Below, piece after piece: positions 20,701-29,555 of a DNA stretch of 64,000 nucleotides. The notes under the pieces are model-generated. The model ran no database searches and was not told the origin of the DNA. It worked only from the letters and a program-made list of their open reading frames with translations. The stretch lies in IMG/VR virus record IMGVR_UViG_3300031963_009547, one strand, 5' to 3'. The translations under genes were made by a program, and so were the position numbers. Source of the DNA: a virus. Position 1 is the stretch's first letter; each line of letters begins with the position of its first letter.

Positions 20701-20894
20701 TTGCAGATTTCAGAACAACGTATTTTAATTCTACATTTACAAATTATAAACCCTATAATTTAGATAAAGAAAGAATAATGTGGTATGAATCCCAAGTAAC
20801 AGCACAAGCACCTTATACTGATAATTTATCTGCAATTTACTCGTCAACAAATGCGACGTGGGACAAATTTAATTTACAAAAAAGTTTTCAATAA
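14757..20894 (+). CDS. giant baseplate hub / tube-initiator-like structural protein with N-terminal repeats and an OmpA-like domain
   Basis: WFPPYDLSFDESVSTQW...LGRTEPIYTYTNTSR and PPVCILRIGDFF...PMIATV resemble split gp48/54-like tube-initiator segments. SASA...YNLNLSKRRNDAV resembles the OmpA C-terminal motif. Follows the tape measure gene. Confidence 0.55.
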   Translation: MESPLSFNSSENFRKKLLVRNLPPYKVDSAFSNDGKPGSSEFNINDLTPIDSPSVEQIGNQQEQILLPINQYGPQTSTGEYGDIVPININLNYKSNEGEYGYPDTIESDLEIIGNNTEKQIIIKNVYRPENGLSDFGSTAWYINNDKVINTVGEGEYTVQDTIGSNLETTANADRPILITNNQYGPENPSNVEVSINNNLQTNANEGEYGFPDTVDSPLEIKGETDRPALIAINQYGPENLPTTEVSINNNLQTNSNEGEYGFPDTVDSELQIVGEDVRKPNFLQNQWGPEQGQSETEVEPYRKQKNLVIPQGNYDVTDSDGSLLELVGGIKETEAYLSNRYATGDGEYDPTDFKTLQQEALQLPYANSDNTFIFLPSTYTPYSILLNDDPSGSDGSLSQDSDLANIGAKQLNKEFKHRVALELFQQTLGQVNIFNSNVNPDTGEISAQPNTDPFDAIGLLTGNIPIVSRVYNITTPDFLFGQGINFAAKLGGLYSPYSYIPGEYFDYPERIGNGPFENPLSLIGGALGSLFSALQPANQSSSELFVEFTSVPTRKLLYDQLKYNQYRPDYKIGNNLLAPKGVFYLGDRKNHLTELMSPAPELPYAKDGKTSSMGPVLSYSNMGKLYEGEQLNETQFGLNSRNLYSAGANKDGVKWIGAGIFGGVTWIGSKSPKEDNKPLQGKLQGRGGEQFEDNSEFTFGNLVGFDSTKSTNLDFTPGSLLDVTQKLVDAGQRSSQPLEHVGTAINQVSKVFNDGYQELTKGSRVVRYTTQNSKPDSSATPTGLEYCRVFTKDRPYYTYDELQKTDGNIRGYTNSVLDNTYNLNIAPTDGYSIKDGKVKKYMLSLENLAWRTSNKKGFTYDDLPACEKGPNGGRIMWFPPYDLSFDESVSTQWTDNNFLGRTEPIYTYTNTSRKGNVSFKIIVDHPSILNVLVDKELENVGNNGEITQIIDSFFAGCTKYDLWDLVSKFPMFTPNDIFETQILTTEDVVTVVQENSYSIPEQEIDIDSEIEPTPTPSPCVVLKYQIGVTTDLTYTGCSGDVITLTGLAPNASGEICAIRSNAYNYSTPDPTNTITPTGQNCVQTTPGPTPGPTPTPTPTATEPPLNIQFPDIGFYFDNNFPDGTGNRYGTTVTQDFEHWYDLYIASKNNYLNDGKPDTYSAALNKIFSYDDSTKADKTSFILGLDDSNAAKIEYLRNYVDTRKEEIGIFFDYITKEFNEAKSFIPKLGKILDDGGTVEFDLEASASAVTDPEYNLNLSKRRNDAVLKWILKQKSPNQTTLQNYNQQGKLKINQTSVGESPTLEDKPYRFVVCSKGFKSSKQEGVVSINAMACRRTKISNIKPIYNQSQNENQSQNSTVPLTNGGDSSQTGQELSGQDFLVIAPNPQPGVDGGVPQPNDTTNPFVTQDPISQPYTNTPNTRQQDVQTQTLQKRKDLTKRLARKLLTECNYFEYIKQNEPMVYDGIKSKIKYFQPAFHSITPEGLNARLVFLQQCMRPGDTIPTVSQSDSGQQTLLFNDATNSAFGAPPVCILRIGDFFHTKIVIDQITFKYDDGRFDLNPEGIGVQPMIATVNVSFNFIGAHGLAGPVAQLQNALSFNYYANTEMYDERAESTEQLNLEVYDAQILSQVKDDLNVVNTEAPRPVVNDGGVTIGTIITNTIDLNTSITSGTIKYKDVMSGLANLTKEYTEKTLSTLEKINENYLIGGLQVFTKDRKYIEGNFNYLGGNITNTANIFGYSYDVQTKIESIATKAKEDVDNGDVCPLLSGLANQNLSNVQVRKVKKELKNQIDAKKEQMLNDLENYANEINNIQYPLISSIDKINYVSDAHDGFIKKNNSVVIYNLSGTTQITQPTLSGVNNTLQELVEDSYLVKNNINDFYQKLQDFSLIPTGEDVYRDDFTQNTYISNQNFLPQETVFFILFGKDIIDDSDKFAIDLIDKAIPNLNQDDEIAWLKFLDENLNQPNTGLRDSYKASKTVVDKKIADFRTTYFNSTFTNYKPYNLDKERIMWYESQVTAQAPYTDNLSAIYSSTNATWDKFNLQKSFQ
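14960..15820 (+). repeat. degenerate ~52 aa (156 nt) tandem repeats, about 5-6 copies
   Basis: NQYGP...INNNLQTN.NEGEYGFPDTVDS.LEI recurs. The best-conserved copies start at 15300 and 15456. Confidence 0.8.
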
Positions 20895-21211
20895 TGGATT
20901 ACTACAATAGATATAAAGATTTTTTGATTAACGGACAACAAACTGTTGTTCCGTTTTTATCTATACCTGGTAGAGTTACAGACCAGCAATATTTGTATAG
21001 ACAAGGAAGAAGTAGGTTAGATAAAATAAGTTTTGAAAAATATGGAACACCATATTTTGGTTGGTTAATATTGGCAGCAAATTCTTTATATGGTGGACTT
21101 GAACAAAACATACCTGATGGTACAATATTAATTATTCCTTTTCCATTAACTGCGGCATTACAAGATTATAAAGCTGCTTTAGATACTCACATATTCTATT
21201 ATGGCCGTTAG
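20894..21211 (+). CDS. LysM-like baseplate wedge protein (T4 gp53 / P2 X-like)
   Basis: RLDKISFEKYGTPYFGWLILAAN...IPDGTILIIP. Confidence 0.8.
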   Translation: MDYYNRYKDFLINGQQTVVPFLSIPGRVTDQQYLYRQGRSRLDKISFEKYGTPYFGWLILAANSLYGGLEQNIPDGTILIIPFPLTAALQDYKAALDTHIFYYGR

Positions 21212-24200
21212 ATTAAAACAAAATAAAAAAATCTTTATTGAGACCGATTATGATAACATTGTTGTTGTTAACCCAAACGAAGTTTTTTCTCCCGACGGTA
21301 CAAAACAAGAACGCCTTGTTGACCATGAAGATTTAGTTTATTATGCCAATTTAGAAACATTTATAATCCCAAGAACTAAGTTAGCTATTGGTGATAATTT
21401 TGACTCACCGGTTATTAATACAACAAGTATCGCAACAATGTTTGCGGGTGACGACGCGTTGAAAATTAATTTCATGAAACCAAAAGGTAAGACACAATTT
21501 GATACAAGTTGGTCAGACCAATTGACGGGAGAAGGCACAAGAACTTTCAACGGAGCTAATCAATCAAGTGAAAGAGTTGTGAACTTTGAAGGTAGACAAT
21601 CTTTTAAACGTTCCGTTTCCAACCCTGAAGATACACAATTATTAGGTATAAAAGAAATAAGAGTTAATATTAAGGGAACGGGTGTTCCTGAAGTAAATAT
21701 ACAATTAGTCGATATACAAGGAAGGTCTTTATTTGAACAAGGAGAAAATTCATTATATTCTGCATTTTTTAATTTTCCTTATCCATTATTTTATTTGACG
21801 TTGAAAGGTTATTATGGTAAAGCTGTCAAATATAGATTATCATTAATGTCATTCAACGCAAGTTTTGATGCGGACACAGGTAATTATAATATTTCACTCA
21901 AACTAATTGGTAAATTCACTGCACTTCTTTTTGATACGCCTTTATCTTACGCGGTAAACGCACCAAAAATGTATAATACCCAAATTACCGTAACACAAGC
22001 AAGCACAGGTAATAAGAACGTCTTCAATACATATAAGGGTAGACAAAAATTAGAAGAGGTTTACAAAACCTATATGAGAAAAGGTTTAATACCTGACAAC
22101 TTTCCGATGCTCTCGATAGAGGATTTTGTTTTGAGAGTGGAAAACTTTGAATCTAAATTGAAAAAAAATTTAGAAACTCAGGCAGATTTTACTAAGTTAA
22201 ACGATTTGAAGTTGTTTGCGGATACTTTGATTAATTTAAGAAAAAAAGTTTATGATTATTCTATTAATAATTTTCTTGATAGAACAAGTTTTTATGTTGT
22301 CGGTGAAGAAATATATTACCCTTTCAAAAAAGAAGTTGCGTTACAGTCTAGAGAAGATTACAAAACATTTATAGACAAAAATATAATTGATTATACAAAA
22401 CAATTGAAAGACAATGCAACTTTTGGTGAAAAAGGAGAAACAAAAGACCAAATTACTATTTTAACTAAAAATAAAAAAGATGTAATAAAAAAATTAGATT
22501 TTAATGCTTGGCAAAACAATAGGGCCGATGTGTTAAATACATACTTATCAAGGTATAGTAGAAATTTAGAAGCAGAAAATCCTGATGAATATAAAAAATT
22601 TATTGAAAACGAAGCAAGAAATGCTCAACTTACAACACAAGTAAGAGATGAAAAAGGCCAAATCATAAATGACACGCCTGATTATTTTGTTTTTGGGAAC
22701 AAAATTGTTGCTGACGGCATATACGTCAAAAATTCTTATTTAGATAAGATTGACGAAATGCAAAAAAGTTTAGAGGCAAAACAAAAAGTTATTGAGGATA
22801 CGTTAACAAAATATTATGCAAGTTTACAATTAAAAAACCCAAGTGAAGGTGGATTAGGATTTAAACCAACGATTAGAAACATTTTTGCGATAATAATTGC
22901 AGGTGCCGATGCTTTTTATAGATTGATGGAAGATAACCATGAAGAAGCATGGAATGTAAGAACTGATAAGGACAGGTTATTAGCGGTAATACCAGCAGAA
23001 AAAAACTTTTCAGTTGATGCTGTGAAAAGTATACAAAAGTCAAGTACGGAATTAAATGATGATAATGTTGTATATCCTTGGCCTTTATATTTTACATTAG
23101 AAAAACAAGAAAATGGTAGTGATTTATATACAATACAATATCCTGGAGACGCGAAGTACATAAGACAGACAAAGGCTTATGATTATAGAGTTTGGCCCGA
23201 AGTTGGTTTTGTTGAGGCATACATAAAGGCTTCATTAGAAAAAGAAAAACCAACTTCTAATTACTCATATGACAACCCAACAGATGTAACTAAATATGTT
23301 TCTTGTAATGCTTTAGAGTTCCCATTCAAAACAGCACCATATCAAGATTTGAATGCTATTAAAACATTTTATGAAATATTTGAAAGAAGTTATATTAGTT
23401 CTCACTATGGAAACTTACCACTTGATTTATCACAAAAAAAACAGATAGATAAATTTTATGGAGATATTGAAAGTTCTAATATAGGTTTAGTTGCTCCTGA
23501 GGATATTACAATCAATCAAAATTTAAAGAATTTAAAATTCAATTCATTAGACAAATTGATTGATTATATGAAAACAATATCAAACAATGGTAAAGGACAA
23601 AGCTGGCAAACGTACATACGAGATATATTCAACACAGAATATATTAAAAACTTACTACAAAACGTCAATGAAATTTATTCAATCGACACATTATCCGATA
23701 GGTCTGTGAAAGTTTCTGCTGACCTACCATTGGCAACCAATATGAAAGAATTTTTAGAGGATAGTGGGACATCCAAAAAAAATACGTTAGATACGTATCC
23801 ATTTACTGATTTAACATGGTTACAAGAAAATATGGCAAACGGAAGTAATATAGGTGCGTTTGAAGATTATAATAATACCACAAGAAGTTACATTTATTTA
23901 GATGATAAAAAGACTATCGCTAGAATTAATGAAACTGAAAAATACCCTAATTTAAAATTATTCACAAATAACACGGTATTTCAAAGTAACACACAAGCAT
24001 ATTTAACAGAAGTAGGGTCAACTGAAAAAATCAATTCAAGATTATCTCTTAAAAACTTTTTTGAAACAAGACAAGACAAAGATTTATATTTAACTGAATC
24101 ATATATTAACTATGGAACAAGTTATAGTGGAAATATCGGAACTTTTATTCAAACAACATCATTATTAAACACACCATATTTTGTTAATGCTCTCATCGAT

Positions 24201-27200
24201 GGGGTGACAAAACAAAAAAATAATCAAGAAAACCCATTTGTAGGTTTAGGTTATTTGTATTTGAACTCATTACCACTGATAACAACCAAAGAAAAAATAA
24301 AAGACATAACAGATAATGTATTAACGGATTTAGATTATTTAGCTGCAACATTTAATAAATTTTCAGCAATACATCAAGTACCTTATGCTTGGGTATTAAA
24401 GTACGGTTCAATATGGCATAGATATAAAAAATACATAGAAGATAATGTAGATATATTAGACGATTGTTGGAAAAATTTTGATTTTAATGTTGCTTATGCG
24501 CCAACAACAGGTGATAGTACAACCACATACACAATATTAGACTATAGTGGTAATCCTCAAAATATCACACTACAAGGTGCTCAATTTTATCAAAATCCAC
24601 AAAACTCATTCATATTAAGAAATACGTTCGATGTTGGGTTTTACCCTAAAGTTGTAAATTCATTAGAATATTATTTGAATGAAGAAGATTTATTAACGGG
24701 TTATACAACAAGTGATTTTGCGGATGTATATAATAAAGGTTTGAAAATTGGTTTCAATAGTGAGTCTACCACAATGTATGGTACAGGATTTGACCCAAAT
24801 AATGGATTCAGAGAGTTCTTAAAGAAAAACTATTTTACATATAGATTAATTGAAAACACTGCGGTTCAGTCGCAACCAGACACAATAAGACTATACCCAT
24901 CAATGGGAGGTATACCATTCGACCAATCAATTTTTGAATGTTTCAATCAAACGAATAAAATTACCGAAGAAATATATAACAACTCCTCAGTTTTCAACGG
25001 TACTGTTAGGTCATTATGGGGTATTTCTAATTTTGGATATTATAACAACGATTTAATTAAAAAACCATTACCGACCGAATATCTTAAAGTTATTAAAAAT
25101 AATGCACCACTTCAAAACGATTTTAATATTGTTAGTAATGATTTAACTTACTCAAAAATAGACGAAATATTCAATTTGTTTGATGTTGATTTATTGGATA
25201 AAATGGAAGAAAAGTTTTTAACTTTCTGTAATTTTAAACCATTGGCGAGTGAATTAAAATTGAATGAGGAAAATATTACACCTAATTATATAGACACTAA
25301 CGGTTTAACAAATTCAGACGTTAAATTATTACGATATCAGATTAAAAACATTTTTGATTTTGATAGTAGTTTATTTAATAGTGTGAATCAAAACGAAGAT
25401 GGAATAGAATTAGGAAAATTACAAATTTCAAATTTATATACATCATTAAATAAATTTTTAAATTTTGATTGCGTATTAAAAATTGCAAACCCAACAAACT
25501 TTGATAGAAAATTATTTGATTCATTTAGTACTATTTCAAACTTACAAGTACAAGACAAGTATAAATTTGAACCTTATGTGAAAGGTACGTTACCCGGTGA
25601 CGGAACAGCAACTACTTTATTACAAAGTATAACTCAAAACCCTTCTGCTTGGGATGCGTTCAGAAAATATTTAGGATATACTACAATACCTGGGTTAGAG
25701 TTTCAAACACAAGTACAACCGGTGTTACCATCCGTACCTATCGCACAAAATAATCCACCTACACCATATACACCACCCGTTGCGGGACAAAATTATAGAA
25801 CGTTCCAAGATTTATGTAGTGGTACGTATTTTAATATAATTGACCCAAATGATAACACAAGCACAACATCATTTAATTACTATAATAATGACGTATGGTT
25901 CTTAGAGGTTGTTGATAACACATCACAAACAAAAAAATTCTGTGCAAGAAAGGTACCTGATAGTGCGACAACAACCACATATAATTTGGAGAATGATGAC
26001 AATTACCCACAGACAAATGCGGTAGGAACAACACCGGCAAGTTACTGTATGTCATTTTATCAAACACAATTAAATTGCCAACAATCACCTTTACTAGACC
26101 CAATACAATTACAATTTATTGGAGATTCGGCAACAATATTACCTGACGTACCTGGTGATGGTGATTATATTAACATTGAAAAAACAGACGGTACATATCA
26201 GGTGTTTAGAATTATAGGTGACCCTAATTTTGATGCTAACAAGATTGAAAATATAAGATTTTATCCACCGGGAACCGACCCAATAAACCCACCAATCGGT
26301 ACTAGTATATATCGTGAAGGGTTTGGGGGTGTTGACACAAACTACGCGAGAGTATTTAGAGTTGATAATAATGTAGGTGGTAATTATGTTATGACGGTAG
26401 AATACACCCCTAATTCCCCAAATGAAATTATATTATCTGCGAATGTTTCAACCCTACCTGGTTTACAAAACACAATACCACAACAAACAACAGTACCCCA
26501 ACAGGCACAACCATTACAAAATACACAAAAATCTTTCTTAACTGATTTCTTCATTGATAATTCAATTGCATTTAATGAACAAAATATTATTACTTTATAT
26601 CCATTAGTAAGACTTTATGGTGAACAAAAAAGACTTGACCCTACTTATGACAAAACTAAATTCACGACATATATAAATAATTTTTTAGAGGATAGAAGAA
26701 GTTTACAGGACAAAATGGTTACAGAAACTTTTTCCAACCTAAATAAAATTTTAAATAATATTGATGTAACGGTTGATTTACCTACTACTGCGCTTAACGG
26801 TGACACTACAAAATTAGCTTTATATAATACATTGAAAGGATTTAACGATAAATGGATTGCTGGCTCTGATTTAAAAAACAATACTTTGTTTGAGGACTTT
26901 TTATTTATGGATAGGGCAAATAGTGATTTAGGTAATTCATTTGTATTAGACGTACAAAAAGTTGTAAATGCGTTAGACCTTAAGTCAAAACAAGACCAAA
27001 GTTTAATGAGTGTAATAAGTAGAATTTTGGAAGAAAATTATTTTATTTTTATGGCAATGCCTGCTTATATTAATTTTTATGGTATACAAAGAGCGGTAAA
27101 AGATGGTCAACCATTGAAAGATGTTGAAATTGGTAATTCATTATTTGGTACGTATTTAGAAGTTGACTATACAAACTCAAGTCCCAAATTTTTGTGTTTA

Positions 27201-28490
27201 TATGTTGGAAACCCTTCAGAATACCCTAAACCAAAAGAGAACACTTTCAATCGTTTTGGTGATGATAGTTTTGACTTGAGAATGTCGGATAACCCACTTA
27301 GAGTTTCGGACCCAAAAACAAACTATTCGTTGAGTAATCGTGTTGTTGGATTTGCGGTTGATTTTGGTATAAGAAATCAAAACATATTCAAAAGCTTGAG
27401 TCTAGATATGTCAGAAATGAAAAACACATCAGAGTCATTCAAAGTTTATGCTGACATGGGTAGTTCTGTTGCTGGTGATAAAGTGGCACAACAATCCGCA
27501 TCGCTTTATAGTATATATAAATCTAGGTCATATAGTTGTGGTGTAAGTAGTATGGGAAATGTCATGATACAACCTACAATGTATTTTGTACTAAGACACG
27601 TCCCTATGTTTTATGGTCCATATTGGATAACTGAAGTGAACCATAATATTAATACTGGCGGATTTAATACCGAATTTAAAGGTACTCGCATACCAAAATA
27701 TGCATTACCAAAAGTGGATAATTTATTGGCGTCTGTAAATCAAATAGTAATAACTAAGATTAAAGAGTTGGCAGCAAAGGATAAAGAAAAACCAACAACT
27801 GAAAATGAACCAGTCACACAAAATCCAGTACCTGTTAATTTAGCTAGCCCTGAAAATAATTGTGAAACAATTACACAATATCCTTCAGTACCATTTGAAA
27901 CACTTGTACAGAGCACGTTCACAGATACAGATATCATACCTGTAATAAAACAAGAAACAAGTGACACATCTTTACGAGCTTTAATTTATGGATTGACTAA
28001 AGGAGTTGTTCCAGGAACCACAATGAATAACGGTATTACAAATTGCATCAATAACAACCCATTCGGAATTAATACAATAATAAATTATAAAGGTAATCTT
28101 CCTAGTTTGATTTTAAAACAATCTTGTATAAATATTGCAAATACACCAACCCCTTTAGTTAAGTTTAATAATTTAACAGAGTCTATAAAGTTCATGATTT
28201 CATACATGACTCAGGTTATAAATTTAGTACCACAGTTAAAAACATTAAATCCTGACGCCGACGAAAACAAACAATATGGAAAGGCTTTATTTCAGTTAGT
28301 ATATGCTTCTTGGTTAACTCAAAAAGCATTTGGTAACCCAACTGCGGTACCACCACAACCCCCATTAAACGCTCAACAGATAAAAGATACTACTATACAA
28401 GATTTTACAAATCAAAATAAATTAGACACATATAACAATTGGGTTGAAGAATTTGCCCGAAGTTATAAGTATTTTAAACAAAACCCATAG
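21201..28490 (+). CDS. giant baseplate hub protein (gp27/VgrG-hub-like termini)
   Basis: N-terminal LGIKEIRV...PEVNIQLVDIQGRSLF and C-terminal SYSCGVSSMGNVMIQPTMYF.L..VPMFYGPYWITEVNHNI...F.T.F.G.R, which resembles the hub/late-control-D C-terminus. Follows the LysM gene. Confidence 0.55.
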   Translation: MAVRLKQNKKIFIETDYDNIVVVNPNEVFSPDGTKQERLVDHEDLVYYANLETFIIPRTKLAIGDNFDSPVINTTSIATMFAGDDALKINFMKPKGKTQFDTSWSDQLTGEGTRTFNGANQSSERVVNFEGRQSFKRSVSNPEDTQLLGIKEIRVNIKGTGVPEVNIQLVDIQGRSLFEQGENSLYSAFFNFPYPLFYLTLKGYYGKAVKYRLSLMSFNASFDADTGNYNISLKLIGKFTALLFDTPLSYAVNAPKMYNTQITVTQASTGNKNVFNTYKGRQKLEEVYKTYMRKGLIPDNFPMLSIEDFVLRVENFESKLKKNLETQADFTKLNDLKLFADTLINLRKKVYDYSINNFLDRTSFYVVGEEIYYPFKKEVALQSREDYKTFIDKNIIDYTKQLKDNATFGEKGETKDQITILTKNKKDVIKKLDFNAWQNNRADVLNTYLSRYSRNLEAENPDEYKKFIENEARNAQLTTQVRDEKGQIINDTPDYFVFGNKIVADGIYVKNSYLDKIDEMQKSLEAKQKVIEDTLTKYYASLQLKNPSEGGLGFKPTIRNIFAIIIAGADAFYRLMEDNHEEAWNVRTDKDRLLAVIPAEKNFSVDAVKSIQKSSTELNDDNVVYPWPLYFTLEKQENGSDLYTIQYPGDAKYIRQTKAYDYRVWPEVGFVEAYIKASLEKEKPTSNYSYDNPTDVTKYVSCNALEFPFKTAPYQDLNAIKTFYEIFERSYISSHYGNLPLDLSQKKQIDKFYGDIESSNIGLVAPEDITINQNLKNLKFNSLDKLIDYMKTISNNGKGQSWQTYIRDIFNTEYIKNLLQNVNEIYSIDTLSDRSVKVSADLPLATNMKEFLEDSGTSKKNTLDTYPFTDLTWLQENMANGSNIGAFEDYNNTTRSYIYLDDKKTIARINETEKYPNLKLFTNNTVFQSNTQAYLTEVGSTEKINSRLSLKNFFETRQDKDLYLTESYINYGTSYSGNIGTFIQTTSLLNTPYFVNALIDGVTKQKNNQENPFVGLGYLYLNSLPLITTKEKIKDITDNVLTDLDYLAATFNKFSAIHQVPYAWVLKYGSIWHRYKKYIEDNVDILDDCWKNFDFNVAYAPTTGDSTTTYTILDYSGNPQNITLQGAQFYQNPQNSFILRNTFDVGFYPKVVNSLEYYLNEEDLLTGYTTSDFADVYNKGLKIGFNSESTTMYGTGFDPNNGFREFLKKNYFTYRLIENTAVQSQPDTIRLYPSMGGIPFDQSIFECFNQTNKITEEIYNNSSVFNGTVRSLWGISNFGYYNNDLIKKPLPTEYLKVIKNNAPLQNDFNIVSNDLTYSKIDEIFNLFDVDLLDKMEEKFLTFCNFKPLASELKLNEENITPNYIDTNGLTNSDVKLLRYQIKNIFDFDSSLFNSVNQNEDGIELGKLQISNLYTSLNKFLNFDCVLKIANPTNFDRKLFDSFSTISNLQVQDKYKFEPYVKGTLPGDGTATTLLQSITQNPSAWDAFRKYLGYTTIPGLEFQTQVQPVLPSVPIAQNNPPTPYTPPVAGQNYRTFQDLCSGTYFNIIDPNDNTSTTSFNYYNNDVWFLEVVDNTSQTKKFCARKVPDSATTTTYNLENDDNYPQTNAVGTTPASYCMSFYQTQLNCQQSPLLDPIQLQFIGDSATILPDVPGDGDYINIEKTDGTYQVFRIIGDPNFDANKIENIRFYPPGTDPINPPIGTSIYREGFGGVDTNYARVFRVDNNVGGNYVMTVEYTPNSPNEIILSANVSTLPGLQNTIPQQTTVPQQAQPLQNTQKSFLTDFFIDNSIAFNEQNIITLYPLVRLYGEQKRLDPTYDKTKFTTYINNFLEDRRSLQDKMVTETFSNLNKILNNIDVTVDLPTTALNGDTTKLALYNTLKGFNDKWIAGSDLKNNTLFEDFLFMDRANSDLGNSFVLDVQKVVNALDLKSKQDQSLMSVISRILEENYFIFMAMPAYINFYGIQRAVKDGQPLKDVEIGNSLFGTYLEVDYTNSSPKFLCLYVGNPSEYPKPKENTFNRFGDDSFDLRMSDNPLRVSDPKTNYSLSNRVVGFAVDFGIRNQNIFKSLSLDMSEMKNTSESFKVYADMGSSVAGDKVAQQSASLYSIYKSRSYSCGVSSMGNVMIQPTMYFVLRHVPMFYGPYWITEVNHNINTGGFNTEFKGTRIPKYALPKVDNLLASVNQIVITKIKELAAKDKEKPTTENEPVTQNPVPVNLASPENNCETITQYPSVPFETLVQSTFTDTDIIPVIKQETSDTSLRALIYGLTKGVVPGTTMNNGITNCINNNPFGINTIINYKGNLPSLILKQSCINIANTPTPLVKFNNLTESIKFMISYMTQVINLVPQLKTLNPDADENKQYGKALFQLVYASWLTQKAFGNPTAVPPQPPLNAQQIKDTTIQDFTNQNKLDTYNNWVEEFARSYKYFKQNP

Positions 28491-28518
28491 ATAGATATAT
28501 TTATATAATAAAAATGTT

Positions 28519-28743
28519 ATGAGTATGAAAGCATTATTAGATGATTATTTAAAAAAAGATACGAGAGTTACCCAAAGAGACGCGGGTAATGGTTATCAAG
28601 AAGTTTGTGATTTAGATACGGGTGATTGTTATACAATCAGAATGAAAGATGGTCTAATCGAAAGAGTGGATAATACTATGAGAACAAACAGAACATTAAA
28701 GGTTGAGACTCCACAAGGTGTTAAAACATTATTAAACGGATAA
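28519..28743 (+). CDS. hypothetical protein (74 aa)
   Basis: ATG ORF with an upstream TATTTATA motif, abutting the next gene. Confidence 0.65.
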   Translation: MSMKALLDDYLKKDTRVTQRDAGNGYQEVCDLDTGDCYTIRMKDGLIERVDNTMRTNRTLKVETPQGVKTLLNG

Positions 28744-29436
28744 ATGTATAGTAAAATGAACGTAGAAAAAAAAATATTGGAAGAATTAAAAAGATTCAAC
28801 CAAATTAATTCATATATCTTAAAAGAGCAACCTGAAGCACCTACAGAACCTGAAGGTGGTGTGCCACCGGCACCAGAAGCACCTATTGAAGGTGATGCAC
28901 CACCGGCACCTGATGCTGCCGCACCAGCTCCTGAAGCACCGGCAGCAGATGCAGGAGCTGCTCCAACTGAAGTTCCTGAACCTGTAGATGTGGAAAACGA
29001 CCCGGATGTAGAAGAGGTTGATGCTGAAAAACCTGAGGATGAGGAAACTGAAGAAATTGATATCACTGACCTTGTAACATCACAACAAGAAATTCAGGCA
29101 AAACAAGATGAGTTCATGAATGATATGTTTTCAAAAATTGATGATTTGGCATCAAAATTAGAAAACATGGACCAAATCATGAGTAAGATAAATGACTTAG
29201 AAGCTAAATTTGATAAGTACAGAGAAAAAACACCTGAAGAGAAACTAATGTTACGTTCTTTAGATTCTTATCCTTACAATCAAAAACTGACAGATTTCTT
29301 TCAAGATAAAGAAGAAGAGATGGAGAAAACAGGAAAAAATGAATATGTATTAACATCAGACGAGGTTGAGAACTTTTCTCCAAATGAGGTAAAAAAAACA
29401 TTTAATATATATGACGACGAGAATCCAAACATGTAA
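28744..29436 (+). CDS. acidic Pro/Ala/Glu-rich coiled-coil protein, possibly an internal head or scaffold-like protein (start may be 28756)
   Basis: ILEELKRF...ILKEQ N-terminus, then a low-complexity PA/E linker and a coiled coil. Confidence 0.55.
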   Translation: MYSKMNVEKKILEELKRFNQINSYILKEQPEAPTEPEGGVPPAPEAPIEGDAPPAPDAAAPAPEAPAADAGAAPTEVPEPVDVENDPDVEEVDAEKPEDEETEEIDITDLVTSQQEIQAKQDEFMNDMFSKIDDLASKLENMDQIMSKINDLEAKFDKYREKTPEEKLMLRSLDSYPYNQKLTDFFQDKEEEMEKTGKNEYVLTSDEVENFSPNEVKKTFNIYDDENPNM

Positions 29437-29462
29437 AAAATAATAGGATAAAGAATCATTAT

Positions 29463-29490
29463 AAAGGGGGGCATAAGTCCCCTTTTTTAT
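29463..29490 (+). terminator. rho-independent terminator
   Basis: AAAGGGGGGC-ATAA-GTCCCCTTT followed by more Ts. Confidence 0.8.
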
Positions 29491-29520
29491 TTGACAAACT
29501 TAAATATTCACCTATATTTG
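29490..29520 (+). promoter_or_regulatory. Bacteroidota primary-sigma promoter (-33/-7) upstream of the SSB gene
   Basis: TTTG (29490-29493), 19 nt spacer, TATATTTG (29513-29520). Matches the TTTG-N19-21-TAnnTTTG consensus. Confidence 0.7.
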
Positions 29521-29555
29521 TTGTAGATAAAAGAGTAATAATTAAAAATTTATTT

